NCBI GenBank assembly: GCA_963666985.2
Contig: CAXXIA010000001.1
Location: 544,001-608,000 of the forward strand
Direction: 5' to 3'
DNA: 64,000 nt
Source of the DNA: Spirochaetia bacterium
GTDB lineage: Bacteria > Spirochaetota > Spirochaetia > DSM-2461
The first letter of the stretch is position 1. Every line of letters starts with the position of its first letter. The translations under genes were made by a program, and so were the position numbers. This document shows, piece after piece, positions 30,670 through 41,146 of the stretch. The notes under the pieces were generated by a model. The model ran no database searches. It saw nothing but the letters and a program-made list of their open reading frames with translations, and was not told the origin of the DNA.

Positions 30670-31630
30670 GATAATCCTTAAACCAATCGATGAATTCCCT
30701 GATGCCGTCTTCAAGATTCGTCGAGGGCGTATATCCGTAATCGTTTTTAAGCGAAGACACGTCGGCCCAGGTTCTCAGAACGTCACCCTGCTGCATGGGA
30801 AGCATAACTTTTCGGGCGGTTTTTCCCATGTATTGTTCAATAGTGTCGATAAAATCCATAAGTCGAATCGGTTTCCCTCGCCCAATGTTGTATACGGCGG
30901 ATCTGGGACGACTCTCGTCAAGAGGGCCTTTTTTTATAATGGCGGCGATACCCGCGGTTATATCGGACACATGAGTAAAATCCCGCTCCATATTTCCGTG
31001 ATTATAGACCTTGATGGGGTGTTCTTCACGGATGGCTTTTGCAAAGGAGTAATAGGCCATATCGGGACGGCCCCAGCTGCCGTAGACGGTAAAAAATCTT
31101 AAACCCGTGAAGTTCAGGCCGTAGAGTCCGGAGTAAACATCCGCCATCATTTCATTGGTTGCTTTCGTAACGGCGTAAAGGCTTTCGAACGATCTGAAAT
31201 TTTGTGATTCCCGAAACGGCACATCCGAGTTGTTTCCGTAAACGCTGGATGAAGAGGCGTAGACGCAATGCCGGATGTTCCGGATACGGACCGCTTCAAT
31301 AATATTCGTGAAACCGACGATATTGCTCTCGACGTACTGACGGGGATTCTCAATGCTGTATCGAACGCCGGCCTGAGCCGCCAAATGGACAACGGTATCC
31401 ACCGGATTCTCGAAAAGAGAGTCGACTCCGTTACGATCTGTGATATCCACAGAGCGGACGGAAATACCGAATTCCTCTTTCAGAAGACGCGCCCGTTCCC
31501 TTTTAAGTTGAGGAGAGTAGTAGTCGTTGAAGTTGTCTACGGCAAGGATTTTCAGATCGGAATCGGATTTCATGAGGGTTCTAATAAGGTGAAAGCCGAT
31601 GAAACCCGCCGCGCCTGTCACCAGAATCAT
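30659..31630 (-). CDS. UDP-glucuronate 4-epimerase-like SDR
   Basis: TGAAGFIG, HLAAQAGVRYS, SLYAVTK, RFFTVYGSWGRPDMA, RDFT. Confidence 0.88.
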   Translation of the reverse strand: MILVTGAAGFIGFHLIRTLMKSDSDLKILAVDNFNDYYSPQLKRERARLLKEEFGISVRSVDITDRNGVDSLFENPVDTVVHLAAQAGVRYSIENPRQYVESNIVGFTNIIEAVRIRNIRHCVYASSSSVYGNNSDVPFRESQNFRSFESLYAVTKATNEMMADVYSGLYGLNFTGLRFFTVYGSWGRPDMAYYSFAKAIREEHPIKVYNHGNMERDFTHVSDITAGIAAIIKKGPLDESRPRSAVYNIGRGKPIRLMDFIDTIEQYMGKTARKVMLPMQQGDVLRTWADVSSLKNDYGYTPSTNLEDGIREFIDWFKDYHAD

Positions 31631-32823
31631 GATGTTTCTCTCTTGAGCGCAATGAGTAAAGGATCGTCGACAAGATCCTTCCGTTTTTTTTGAGCAGTCT
31701 CTCTATATGAAAGTGATTTCCAATTTGTGGTAATACCGAGGAAGTGGAGGAAATAAGCGGATTCAACGGACAACGAAGGCTCTTTTCGATCGTTTGTCAG
31801 TATTCGAAGAAGCATGCTGATGAATCTGACTCGGAACGCTTTTGCATTCCTTTTTGTATTGATGTTTCGATTCCGCAGTTTCCTGAGAAAAATTATAAAA
31901 TAAGCCCAGGGGCGAAAATGTTGGGTTTGTACGTAGTGTGGCAGAAGGCCGGTCGCGGCGGATGCTTTGAAAATGTATTTGCGGGCGTAATAGCGGGGCT
32001 TGTTCGACCTTTTTTCATAAGAATGAAAAGAATATTGTTCCGGAAGGTTCTCTTTCTGGGGAACATCGAAGCTTGAGAAGTAAATAACGTTCTTATTTCC
32101 GAGGATATCTTTTGAATCCCCGTTGCGAACGAATAGGAGTTCATCGATATCGAAATTAAAGATAATGGAATCCCGTCCGAAAACACGGCGGCAATGGTTC
32201 AATGCACCGACTTGGGCAAACTTATTATCATGACTGAACGTGGGCCCGTAAGGAAAACTCCAGTCGACAAGAATGGTTTGTTCGGGGAGTTCCTTTGATA
32301 GTTCCCCGAATTTTTCGCTTCCGTTATCGTAAAGAACCAAGTATTCAACATCAAATCGGCTTTTATAATGATGAAACCAGTCGCAAATCCAGCGGATTTC
32401 ATTGTTTTTCTGTATTGCCGTTAAAACACGGCTGCCTCTGGGAAACGGGCTGACGGAGTTAAGTTGAATGGAACGGTCGGGAATCTTTTTGAATCGGAAG
32501 TCTAAAACGGGGTTGATAGCAGGATCCCAATTCCTAACAGGAAGGGTCCATTCCGTGAACCGTCTAAGGGCCGTTGTTTTAATACTGTATGGAATGTCGG
32601 CTCCGTTATGTTCGATTTGAGGAAGGCCCGGTTCCTTCTTCAGATTAAGAATGGGGGGGCCGAAGAGGGATATCGTATTCTCCTGATTAACATACACAGC
32701 GTCGAAAATATAGGTTTTTCCATCATACAGCTGAATTTCTTCAGGCCGAATTTTTTTTGAAAAAAGACACCTCACAGGTTCATTCTCGTTCAGAATCAGA
32801 GGTGACGGTTTATAAATCATCAT
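31627..32823 (-). CDS. Putative glycosyltransferase (GT92/GT2_4-like GT-A fold)
   Basis: QKNNEIRWICDW, LYDNGS, WSFPYGP, AQVGALNH, FDIDELL. Confidence 0.62.
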   Translation of the reverse strand: MMIYKPSPLILNENEPVRCLFSKKIRPEEIQLYDGKTYIFDAVYVNQENTISLFGPPILNLKKEPGLPQIEHNGADIPYSIKTTALRRFTEWTLPVRNWDPAINPVLDFRFKKIPDRSIQLNSVSPFPRGSRVLTAIQKNNEIRWICDWFHHYKSRFDVEYLVLYDNGSEKFGELSKELPEQTILVDWSFPYGPTFSHDNKFAQVGALNHCRRVFGRDSIIFNFDIDELLFVRNGDSKDILGNKNVIYFSSFDVPQKENLPEQYSFHSYEKRSNKPRYYARKYIFKASAATGLLPHYVQTQHFRPWAYFIIFLRKLRNRNINTKRNAKAFRVRFISMLLRILTNDRKEPSLSVESAYFLHFLGITTNWKSLSYRETAQKKRKDLVDDPLLIALKRETS

Positions 32824-34604
32824 TCAACGGGCCTTTTTAGGATTTCCTCGGGCGGACCGTCGTTGATGATTTCTCCATTGTTAATGGCGATGATACGAGG
32901 GCATCGGTATAGTGATTCACGCCGGTGTGTGATAAGAATAATGGTCTTATCGCTTGATTCTGCGAAAAGATCGTCGAGAATTCGGGCTTCGGTTTTCTGA
33001 TCCAGCGAAGAAGTCCCTTCATCAATAATAAGAAAGTTACTGTCTCTGTAGAACATTCGGGCCAAGGCCATGCGCTGTCCCTGACCTCCTGAAAGATTAC
33101 GGCCCGTTTCCGAAAGCATTTCCTCGGAATTCCAACGAGCATCATCAAGCGATGCCTTGATAAGAGACTCCTTTATTCTGTCCGATTCATGATTTGCTTC
33201 GGGAATCCCAAAGGCGACATTCTCCGCCAGAGTCCCGGGAATAATAAATGGCGACTGCGGCATGTAGCCGATGGTGGTCTGCCACCTTTTCAGATTGTCT
33301 CCTTCCAGAGTAATGCCGTCGACCGAAAGGGAGCCTTCCTGAGGCTTTAAAAGCCCTGCGACAATATCCACAAGGGTTGTTTTCCCGCACCCGGAGCTGC
33401 CGATAATCCCGATTTTTTCGCCCTGTTTAATTTCCAATGAGAGGTTGTTGACGGCCGGTTTTTTTCCGGTCGGATAGGTGTATGTAATCCCGTTGATTTG
33501 CAGTGAATTTTGGAAACTCAGCGGCGTCGGTTGAGACTCGGGGATTTCCTCCGTCGGAACATCTTCATCGAGGAAATCCAATACGGTAATGATATATGGA
33601 GCCATGTTCCTGATATTTGTTTGAGTCCTGAGAACGACATTCACCGCGGGAATCACACGCCAGGAGACCACCGCCAGAATAGCCATGTAGGAAAGAGTTT
33701 CACTTGAATCCAAACCCCGCTTTAAAACTAGAACTATAATCATTCCGGCAAGAGCCAGGAATCCGACAAACTCCAGCATCAGGGGGGGAATGGAGTTTAA
33801 TAAGGACCGGTATGAAGAGATTTTGATAAGCCTGCGTAATTGTTCCCGAAATCTCAAGAGAAAGGTTTTTTCAACGTTCTCAATCCGGACATCTTTATAA
33901 GCGCGTATCGTATATGTTGCTGATCGAAACGCTTTTTTTAATAAGCCTTTTTCCTTCATGGATTGTTTATCAATGGATTTTCGCAGCATTTTAAAAAGAA
34001 TCAGCGCAAGGACCGTTATCACAGCCATGACCGGTATTGTGATCATCGGATCGTAGAGGAACAGCGTAGCCAGCATGAAAGCGATAACAATGACATTCGT
34101 CAGTGTTCTTAGAATGTCTTGAAGGAATTTTCCCACGTGATTGCACCAATCAATTAACTGCTGGAGATCTGATGATTTTTTATCCAAAAACCATTCATAC
34201 GGACGGTAAAGGATTTGCGCCATAACCTTGTGGCCAACTTTCGCCCGAACAGCTATGGAATAACGGGTGGTGATATATTGAGAAATCGCCCTGAGAATGT
34301 TCTTAATCAAAACGAGTCCGGCGAGAAGCAGACTTCCCCATATAATAAACTGTGATTCTGTAATATTGTTCAAAAATGGGAGGAATCTTGCCGCCGCCTG
34401 AAAAATTTTCCCTTTGGTAAGCGACGAAGGATCGGCGAGGCCGGATGCGAAACCCGCCACCCAAGCCATCGTCAAACTTTCAAAAAGTCCCACACCGGCC
34501 ATGAAGAAAACCAGGATTGGGAACATGCGCTGATGACGTTTATCCGAAATACGATACGATCTTAAAAATATTTTAAAATTGGAATCTAGTTTTTTTTTCG
34601 ACAC
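32820..34604 (-). CDS. ABC exporter, fused TMD-NBD (PglK/Wzk-like flippase)
   Basis: TM N-half, GSSGCGKT, LSGGQGQR, IIDEGTSSLD; inside glycan operon. Confidence 0.85.
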   Translation of the reverse strand: MSKKKLDSNFKIFLRSYRISDKRHQRMFPILVFFMAGVGLFESLTMAWVAGFASGLADPSSLTKGKIFQAAARFLPFLNNITESQFIIWGSLLLAGLVLIKNILRAISQYITTRYSIAVRAKVGHKVMAQILYRPYEWFLDKKSSDLQQLIDWCNHVGKFLQDILRTLTNVIVIAFMLATLFLYDPMITIPVMAVITVLALILFKMLRKSIDKQSMKEKGLLKKAFRSATYTIRAYKDVRIENVEKTFLLRFREQLRRLIKISSYRSLLNSIPPLMLEFVGFLALAGMIIVLVLKRGLDSSETLSYMAILAVVSWRVIPAVNVVLRTQTNIRNMAPYIITVLDFLDEDVPTEEIPESQPTPLSFQNSLQINGITYTYPTGKKPAVNNLSLEIKQGEKIGIIGSSGCGKTTLVDIVAGLLKPQEGSLSVDGITLEGDNLKRWQTTIGYMPQSPFIIPGTLAENVAFGIPEANHESDRIKESLIKASLDDARWNSEEMLSETGRNLSGGQGQRMALARMFYRDSNFLIIDEGTSSLDQKTEARILDDLFAESSDKTIILITHRRESLYRCPRIIAINNGEIINDGPPEEILKRPVE

Positions 34605-34621
34605 AATCGGTCTCCGTGCGT

Positions 34622-35701
34622 TTATTGCCGCTTTTTTTTATACAGCCGATCAACCAGAATGAAACTTGAGAAAATAACAATCCAGATTAAGAGTAAACGC
34701 CCAATCAATTTTTCGAATGGGATAATTGTTGAGATAACAAGAGGAATGGAACTGATGAAAAGAACCGCCGAAACAATCAGGAGGATAAATCTTTCGCTCA
34801 ACCCCAGTCCCAGCAGTTTATGATGGATATGTTCCTTATCGGGTGTGGTAAAGGAAATCCTTTTCTTTATTCTTCGGGATATTGCGCTGAAAACATCAAG
34901 AATCGGTATTAAAAGCAGCGTAACAGGGAGATACAGTATTGTTCCGGAATCGGGTTCGGCCACCAGGGGCAGTACCGCCAAAAGGAAACCCATGACAAGG
35001 CTTCCCGAATCTCCCATGAAAATTCTTGCGGGTGGAAAATTAAACATCAGGTAACCCAGGAGCGTTCCGACAAAAACGAAACTTACCACCGAGAGCATGA
35101 AATGGTTGGTGAGCATGAAGATGAGTCCGTAGACGGCAAAAGAAATAATCCCGATGGTTGAGGACAAACCGTCCATACCGTCTATGAGGTTCATGGCATT
35201 GGTTATTCCGATGATCCAAATTAAGGTGATGGGCCACGACCAATATCCGAATTGGATTGTTCTATTTATAAAAGGAATCGTCAGCGCTTCGATACGTGCA
35301 CCGGCGGCAATAATAAATATCGCGGCGATTATCTGAATAAGCAGCTTCCAGATGGCCTTAACTTTTAAGAAATCGTCCGAGAGACCGACGAAGAAGATGA
35401 GCAAGGTCGGGATGATAAATAAAATTTTGGGCAATATTTTTGTATAGACTACAAACGGGGATCGAAGCCAGAGGCCCAAAATAAGGGGGGAAAAACCGAC
35501 TGAAACGACAAATCCGAGGAATATTCCAATGCCTCCCAAACGGGAGATTTTTTTCGTATGAATTTTTCGTTCATCCGGAGCGTCAAAAAGTTTATGTTTG
35601 CGGGAAATACGAATAATCCATGTCATTGAAATACAGGAAACAATAAAAGCCGCGACCATGGCCGAAAAAGCCAGAACAATATTATGGGCGAATATTTCCA
35701 T
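34622..35701 (-). CDS. wecA: Undecaprenyl-phosphate GlcNAc-1-phosphate transferase (WecA/TagO)
   Basis: RKIH..RLGG, GLSDD, NAMNLIDGMDGL, NFPPARIFMGDSGS, DKEHIHH. Confidence 0.9.
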   Translation of the reverse strand: MEIFAHNIVLAFSAMVAAFIVSCISMTWIIRISRKHKLFDAPDERKIHTKKISRLGGIGIFLGFVVSVGFSPLILGLWLRSPFVVYTKILPKILFIIPTLLIFFVGLSDDFLKVKAIWKLLIQIIAAIFIIAAGARIEALTIPFINRTIQFGYWSWPITLIWIIGITNAMNLIDGMDGLSSTIGIISFAVYGLIFMLTNHFMLSVVSFVFVGTLLGYLMFNFPPARIFMGDSGSLVMGFLLAVLPLVAEPDSGTILYLPVTLLLIPILDVFSAISRRIKKRISFTTPDKEHIHHKLLGLGLSERFILLIVSAVLFISSIPLVISTIIPFEKLIGRLLLIWIVIFSSFILVDRLYKKKRQ

Positions 35702-35711
35702 GCTTCATCAC

Positions 35712-37050
35712 TTAATACGACAGATAACTGGCGATATCGATTTCGAGTTTAGACCAACCCGAAATGTCGTCGGACAGGTTCAGACCTATTGTTCCTCTGG
35801 CTACGAGTGTCGGAAGAGCGTCGAGATAGAGGACCAGATCAACACCGGCACTGTACTTAAGATCATTGATATCCGTTGAAGTGGAGGAATCATCCGCTAT
35901 TCCGATATCGAAGAACGGATGGATCTGAGCATCCCAGATGCCCGGCAGACGCCAGAATTGGAATGCCAGGGTCGCATTTAAATAAACCCCCCAATCGCCG
36001 CTCATCAAACTGTCGTCTATTCCGCGCAAATAAGAGCCGACACCGCTTCGCTGATTATTAATGATGTAAAAACCTCCGACGCGTGAATAAAAATCGAGCA
36101 TGCTTCCGATTGTTTTATACCATTTCGATATCGCATCGAACTCGTTGGCGACTTTTCGTTCTCCAGTATCCGTGTCAAAGATGAATTTTACCGTATGCTC
36201 AAGAGAATAATTTTGTCCGTTCCTGAGATTCTCGTGCCAATTGACACGCCCCCATCCGCCGCCGTGAGAGGCCGCGAACGCGAAAGGTTCCGTATTATAG
36301 TTTCCCCATCCGGCTTTATCTTCATAGGCATATCTCATATCGAAATATGGTTTGACTTTGTAGGACCATCGACCGGGAAGATCGAAACTGAACGTGGTTC
36401 CCAATGTTGTCTGATAATACGAATAAAAATAACGGGTAGCCGAGACTCCGCTCATAAATTTTTTCTGATTGAGAGACTGTTCGACATCAACGGTCATCTT
36501 CATCCAATCGCATAACCGATAACCGCTCCATTCAAAGGCGAGGTTCCATTTGGAAAGTTCCGTTTTTTCGGTGATTTCGTTTTTTTTCGAAATTTACGCC
36601 CGTAACAAGCTGAATATCGGTCATGCTGCCGAAGGCGTTGTAATAATCCGTGCGAACGGCTAAGCGAAAACCGGAACTGGTGCTGTATTTCGGATAAGGT
36701 ATGGGCGTAAGAGTCCAGGAATCCACAACACGATAGGTAACGGCCCATTCCACTTTTTCCGCGTCTTGCCGGAGAATCCGTTTCTCCATCTCGACCGAAT
36801 CGAAAACGCGGTAATTCACCAGAACCTGCCTGCCGTCATCCACCGCCTCATGAAAATCCTCTTCGGAATCGAAGGAATCACCGACTTGAAGTCCAACATA
36901 TCGTTTTACGGCGGGTTCGGAGGTGTCGCCCGTAATTTCGTATGTCAACTCGGCGATGACATGTTTTTTTTCGTCGGCAAAGAGGCTGTGAGCGCTCAAG
37001 AGAAATGCTGCCAGAAGACTCAATTGAAAGACTCGTGCGGTTATATTCAT
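35712..37050 (-). pseudogene. POTRA + beta-barrel outer-membrane protein split by a +1 frameshift in an A8 tract (36580-36587)
   Basis: Removing one A joins ORF 36532-37050 to ORF 35712-36503 with no stop (FEKNEITEKTELSKWNLAFEWSGYRLCDWMKMTV), giving 445 aa with signal peptide and terminal ..SYLSY. Confidence 0.8.
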
Positions 37051-37166
37051 TCTGCTCTTTACTTTAGCGGCTATCCTGTAAAAGCACAATTCTCAGAAGA
37101 TGCTTTTTCAAGAGCCTAAGAGACGACTGGACGCACCATCCCGCCCCCCGTTATAGTATCCGCGCC

Positions 37167-38195
37167 ATGAACGAAATCGCCGTTGTGAACTACTCTGAAG
37201 GCACTTCCCGTATTTTAACGGCTTCTCGTGAGGAAGTTCTTCCTTCGGATGCGGATCTGTCGATATTCGATGGGAATACGGCTTTACTGTTTCCCAAACG
37301 CGATCCGGAACGATCCCTTGCCCTGCCACCCGGCGAAACGGCGAAGAATTGGTCATCGGTAGAGCGTATCATCAACCGTGCTTTGGCCCTTTCTCTTGGG
37401 CGCGACGGACTTGTTACCGGTATAGGCGGGGGCGTTGTAACCGATGTAACGGCTTTTGCTTCATCTATTTACATGCGCGGATGCCGGCTTGTTCTGGTTC
37501 CTACGACGCTTCTGGCCATGGTGGACGCGGCCGTCGGAGGGAAAACGGGTTTTGATTTCGGAGGCGTGAAGAATCTTGTCGGAACCTTTTATCCGGCGGA
37601 TGAAGTTCGGATTTGTCCCTGCCTTCTGGAAACATTGCCTGAAAATGAGTTTTTATCCGGCATGGCCGAGGTGATTAAACACGCATTACTGGCTCCCGAG
37701 GGATTAATGGATATTGTGCGGGGAGAAAGGGAAGCCGTTCTGGCGAGGGAATCTGACGTTCTGGAGCGGTTAATTCCCATGGCCCTCAAGGTCAAAACGG
37801 GTATTGTTTCAGAGGATCTTCGTGAAAAAGGTCCGAGGGCTTTTCTGAATTTCGGACACACATTCGGTCATGCCTTGGAAGTGGCGACCAATTTCAGCCG
37901 CTGGAGTCATGGAGAAGCCGTCGCCTGGGGAATGCTTAAGGCTTTTGATCTCGGTGAACGTTTGGGAATTACCGAAAAGACTTGGGCCGCCGAATGCCGG
38001 CGCCTCATCGCCGATTACGGATTTGATATCGTAACGCCCCAAGTTTCGCCGGGAGAGATTAAAGCCGCGATGGCCGACGATAAGAAGAAAAGGGCCGGTC
38101 GTCTTCGTTTCGTGATGATGAAAGGACCGGGCGAACCCGTACTGCAGGAAGTCCCCGAAGCCGATCTCGACGCGGTACTCGGGATAGAGGCCTAA
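37167..38195 (+). CDS. aroB: 3-dehydroquinate synthase
   Basis: GGGVVTD, YMRG, PTTLLAMVDAAVGGKTG, LNFGHTFGHALE, HGEAV, DKKK. Confidence 0.96.
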   Translation: MNEIAVVNYSEGTSRILTASREEVLPSDADLSIFDGNTALLFPKRDPERSLALPPGETAKNWSSVERIINRALALSLGRDGLVTGIGGGVVTDVTAFASSIYMRGCRLVLVPTTLLAMVDAAVGGKTGFDFGGVKNLVGTFYPADEVRICPCLLETLPENEFLSGMAEVIKHALLAPEGLMDIVRGEREAVLARESDVLERLIPMALKVKTGIVSEDLREKGPRAFLNFGHTFGHALEVATNFSRWSHGEAVAWGMLKAFDLGERLGITEKTWAAECRRLIADYGFDIVTPQVSPGEIKAAMADDKKKRAGRLRFVMMKGPGEPVLQEVPEADLDAVLGIEA

Positions 38196-38240
38196 GAGTC
38201 CGCCAGCCTCTTTTCTCTCAACTAAGCGGCGGGCTCATCC

Positions 38241-38385
38241 AACAGGCTGTGTATACGGCGTTGAATCAATGTTCGAAATGCTCACGTACAGCCGGTATGC
38301 TGCGCTTTCTGTGCTTGATTCGGCATCGAGCTGCGAGTCTCGCTCGCTATCTTCGAACCAAATCTTACTTTTTCAACAGCCTGTT
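38241..38385. repeat. MITE-like element, copy 1 (21-bp deletion in left TIR)
   Basis: Matches 45351-45516 apart from 3 substitutions and the deletion; right TIR CTTTTTCAACAGCCTGTT intact. Confidence 0.85.
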
Positions 38386-38446
38386 AAACGTTTAGAGTTT
38401 TACACCTTCACAAAAAGCTCGGGATTGTTTCAATCGAATCACCGCA

Positions 38447-40984
38447 TCAATACAGCATCGCTTCAATCCGTCTGTAGGTTTCTCCCAGTTTCTTCGACTG
38501 CTTATCATCCAATTCCTCGCCGACGAAATCGGCCAGATCCTCCAGGCTTTCTAGGCTGGCCGAGACGGCTCCATGGAAACTCCGAACGGATTTGAACCAG
38601 TAATGGCCTTCTCCGTCTCCATAAAGGGCTACGAATCCCATGCCGCCTTTTTTCTTCTTTTTTCCGCCGCGTGTTACTTTCAAGAGATTCCCCAGTTCGT
38701 CGATAAGGGCGTTTCTATGGGCCTCCTTGTGGATATGAAAATTACTTCTGGGCGCCTCATCGAGAACATCCTTGCGGGGATCCAGAAGTCGGGCCGCTTT
38801 CATGATGGTATTGACTTTACTGTCCGGGAGAACTTCATCTCTATCGAGAAGAAGAGTTCCCCGCATACTTCCAAAGTCGGGGGGTGTTTCGTCTCCGGCG
38901 CGAAGCAGAGCGTCGTGGAGGCGCTTCCATTCCAATACGGCGCGCTTTTTCTTTCCCTTGCCCGGTATGAGGGAAACTTTAAAGGCTTCTCCGGCGATCC
39001 ATATTTGATTCGTGGTGTCCTTGGAGGTACGGGAGGTTCCGGATTGTCCGGGAATACCCATCTCTCGGCCGACCTCACGCGAATCGGCGCGCCCGAGTCC
39101 TGATTTGCTGAAGAGCTTTTTGGGAAGATCCGGATGAATATCCTTGAGCCATTCTTTTCGCAGAGGCGAGACCGAACGGGCGTATGTGCGGCTGGTATGA
39201 ACGATTTCCCCCGCGACAATGAACTCGGGATTTTCCCGAAAGAGAACCGACCCCGGATGGATGATGATGCGGTCCACGCCGACGCTTCTGTAATCGAAGC
39301 GGCCGTCTTTTACGCAGATAAAGGGTATCAGCCCCCGGGCGCAGGCTTTGATGAAATCTTCGGTTGAACCGCCCTCGGCGATGGGAATACCGGCTCGTCC
39401 GGTGATCTCTTCCAATTGTTCGGTAATGGCGAGAATCTCATCCATATTTTTTTTATCCAGGTAGTAGCGGTCGCAGAAACTCTCCTTATTGGGAGAATCG
39501 ACATAGTCCCAATAGAGGTTCAAATAGCTCGCGAAGTCTCCGAAGAGTTTGGATCGGAAGGAATGGTGAGCCTTCCGAGCCTCCATTTCTTCTCCCTGCG
39601 GCAGCAGAAAAGGAGAATTGGTTGAAAGAAAGGCCGCCGCGATGATGACTTCTTTAAGAACATCGGGGTATCGGAGGGTTGATTCAACGATCATTCGGGC
39701 ATGTCTGGGCATGAGAGGGTAGGGAACCATGCGGCGGCCGATGTCGGTCAGATCATTGTTTTCATCGAGGGCATCCAGAAGCCTCAAGGCTTCCACGGCT
39801 CCGTGTATGCCTTTGGGAGCGGGAGGGCTGATAAAGGGGAATGTCTCAAAGTCGCGGATTCCGATTTCCGCCATGCGCAGAACGACTTCCGCCAAGTCGG
39901 TTCTGTAGATTTCTTCGCGGGTGAATTCGGAGCGTTCCGAATAACTTTTTTCCGAATAAAGCCGGAGACAGATGCCGGGACGGGTTCGACCGGCTCGTCC
40001 TTTTCTTTGGTCGGCGGAGGCCTTTGAAATCAGCGTTTCAACCAGTGAGCTGGTGTAGGTTCGCGGATTGTAGAAGTTCATCTTCGCCAGTCCCGAATCC
40101 ACCACGGCGGTGATGCCGTCGATGGTTACGCTGGTTTCGGCGATATTGGTGGACACCACCACCTTTCGTGTACCTTCGGGAGGCGGATCAAACACTTTTT
40201 CCTGTTCTTCGCTGCCCAGCCGGCCGTAGAGCGGGACAATATGCAAATCCCGTCTTGCACGGCCTCCGGAGAGTTTCGCGACGGTTTCCTTAATCATTTT
40301 TTCACCGGTACAGAAAACAAGAATGTCGCCTTCCTGACCGGAGAGGGCGATTTTTTCAACGACAGCCGTAATTTTGGAGATCAGAACATCCTCGTCTCCT
40401 TCGATGGGAGGCGGATCGTAAGAGATTTCCACGGGATAAACCGGAGTGTCGATGGTTACGATGGGGCAGTCCGAGAAGTATTCGCTGAACGCTTTGGGAT
40501 TGAGCGTGGCCGATGAAATAATGACTTTAAGCTCCGGCCGGTGCGGAAGAATCTCTTTAACCAAGCCCAGAATGAAGTCGATGTTCAGGGTGCGCTCATG
40601 GGCTTCGTCGATCATCAGAACGCTGTATTTGGAAAGCCAGCGGTCGCCCTTCATTTCCTGAAGGAGAGTGCCGTCTGTAACGATTTTCAGTTTGGTCTCA
40701 GGGCTTGTAAAATCTTCGAAGCGCATTTTATAGCCGACATATCCGCCGAGTTTGCATTGCAGCTGCCTTGCGATGAAGCGGCTGACGCCGACCGCGGCGA
40801 TGCGGCGAGGCTGGGTGACTCCGATAACGCCTTTTTCGGCATAGCCGGCTTCATGAAGAATAACGGGCAGCTGTGTTGTTTTTCCTGAGCCGGTGGGGCT
40901 TTCAATCACGACGACTTGATTCTTTCCTACGGCATCGAGAATGCGCTGCTTTTGGGAATAAACGGGGAGATCTCGATAATTCAT
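38447..40984 (-). CDS. hrpA: DEAH-box ATP-dependent RNA helicase
   Basis: PTGSGKTTQLP, TQPRRIAA, DEAHER, SAT, TNIAETSVTI, QRKGRAGR. Confidence 0.93.
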   Translation of the reverse strand: MNYRDLPVYSQKQRILDAVGKNQVVVIESPTGSGKTTQLPVILHEAGYAEKGVIGVTQPRRIAAVGVSRFIARQLQCKLGGYVGYKMRFEDFTSPETKLKIVTDGTLLQEMKGDRWLSKYSVLMIDEAHERTLNIDFILGLVKEILPHRPELKVIISSATLNPKAFSEYFSDCPIVTIDTPVYPVEISYDPPPIEGDEDVLISKITAVVEKIALSGQEGDILVFCTGEKMIKETVAKLSGGRARRDLHIVPLYGRLGSEEQEKVFDPPPEGTRKVVVSTNIAETSVTIDGITAVVDSGLAKMNFYNPRTYTSSLVETLISKASADQRKGRAGRTRPGICLRLYSEKSYSERSEFTREEIYRTDLAEVVLRMAEIGIRDFETFPFISPPAPKGIHGAVEALRLLDALDENNDLTDIGRRMVPYPLMPRHARMIVESTLRYPDVLKEVIIAAAFLSTNSPFLLPQGEEMEARKAHHSFRSKLFGDFASYLNLYWDYVDSPNKESFCDRYYLDKKNMDEILAITEQLEEITGRAGIPIAEGGSTEDFIKACARGLIPFICVKDGRFDYRSVGVDRIIIHPGSVLFRENPEFIVAGEIVHTSRTYARSVSPLRKEWLKDIHPDLPKKLFSKSGLGRADSREVGREMGIPGQSGTSRTSKDTTNQIWIAGEAFKVSLIPGKGKKKRAVLEWKRLHDALLRAGDETPPDFGSMRGTLLLDRDEVLPDSKVNTIMKAARLLDPRKDVLDEAPRSNFHIHKEAHRNALIDELGNLLKVTRGGKKKKKGGMGFVALYGDGEGHYWFKSVRSFHGAVSASLESLEDLADFVGEELDDKQSKKLGETYRRIEAMLY

Positions 40985-41146
40985 ACTGACTTTCATGCTA
41001 GGGGAAAGAGACGGCAATAGCAATCTGAGACGGCACGGAAATCGGAGATTGATTCCCATTCCCGTCTCTATCGTGCTGTCGGACTATGGGAAGAATCGCC
41101 GCGGCTGTAGTTGTTAACGGCCGCTTTCCGCGCCGCCTTAATTGTT

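Noticed and set aside
38269..38595. Near-identical ORFs starting MFEMLTYSRYAALS / MLEMLTYSRYAALS (also 45392-46033, 45400-45597)
   Set aside because: Artefacts of the MITE-like repeat
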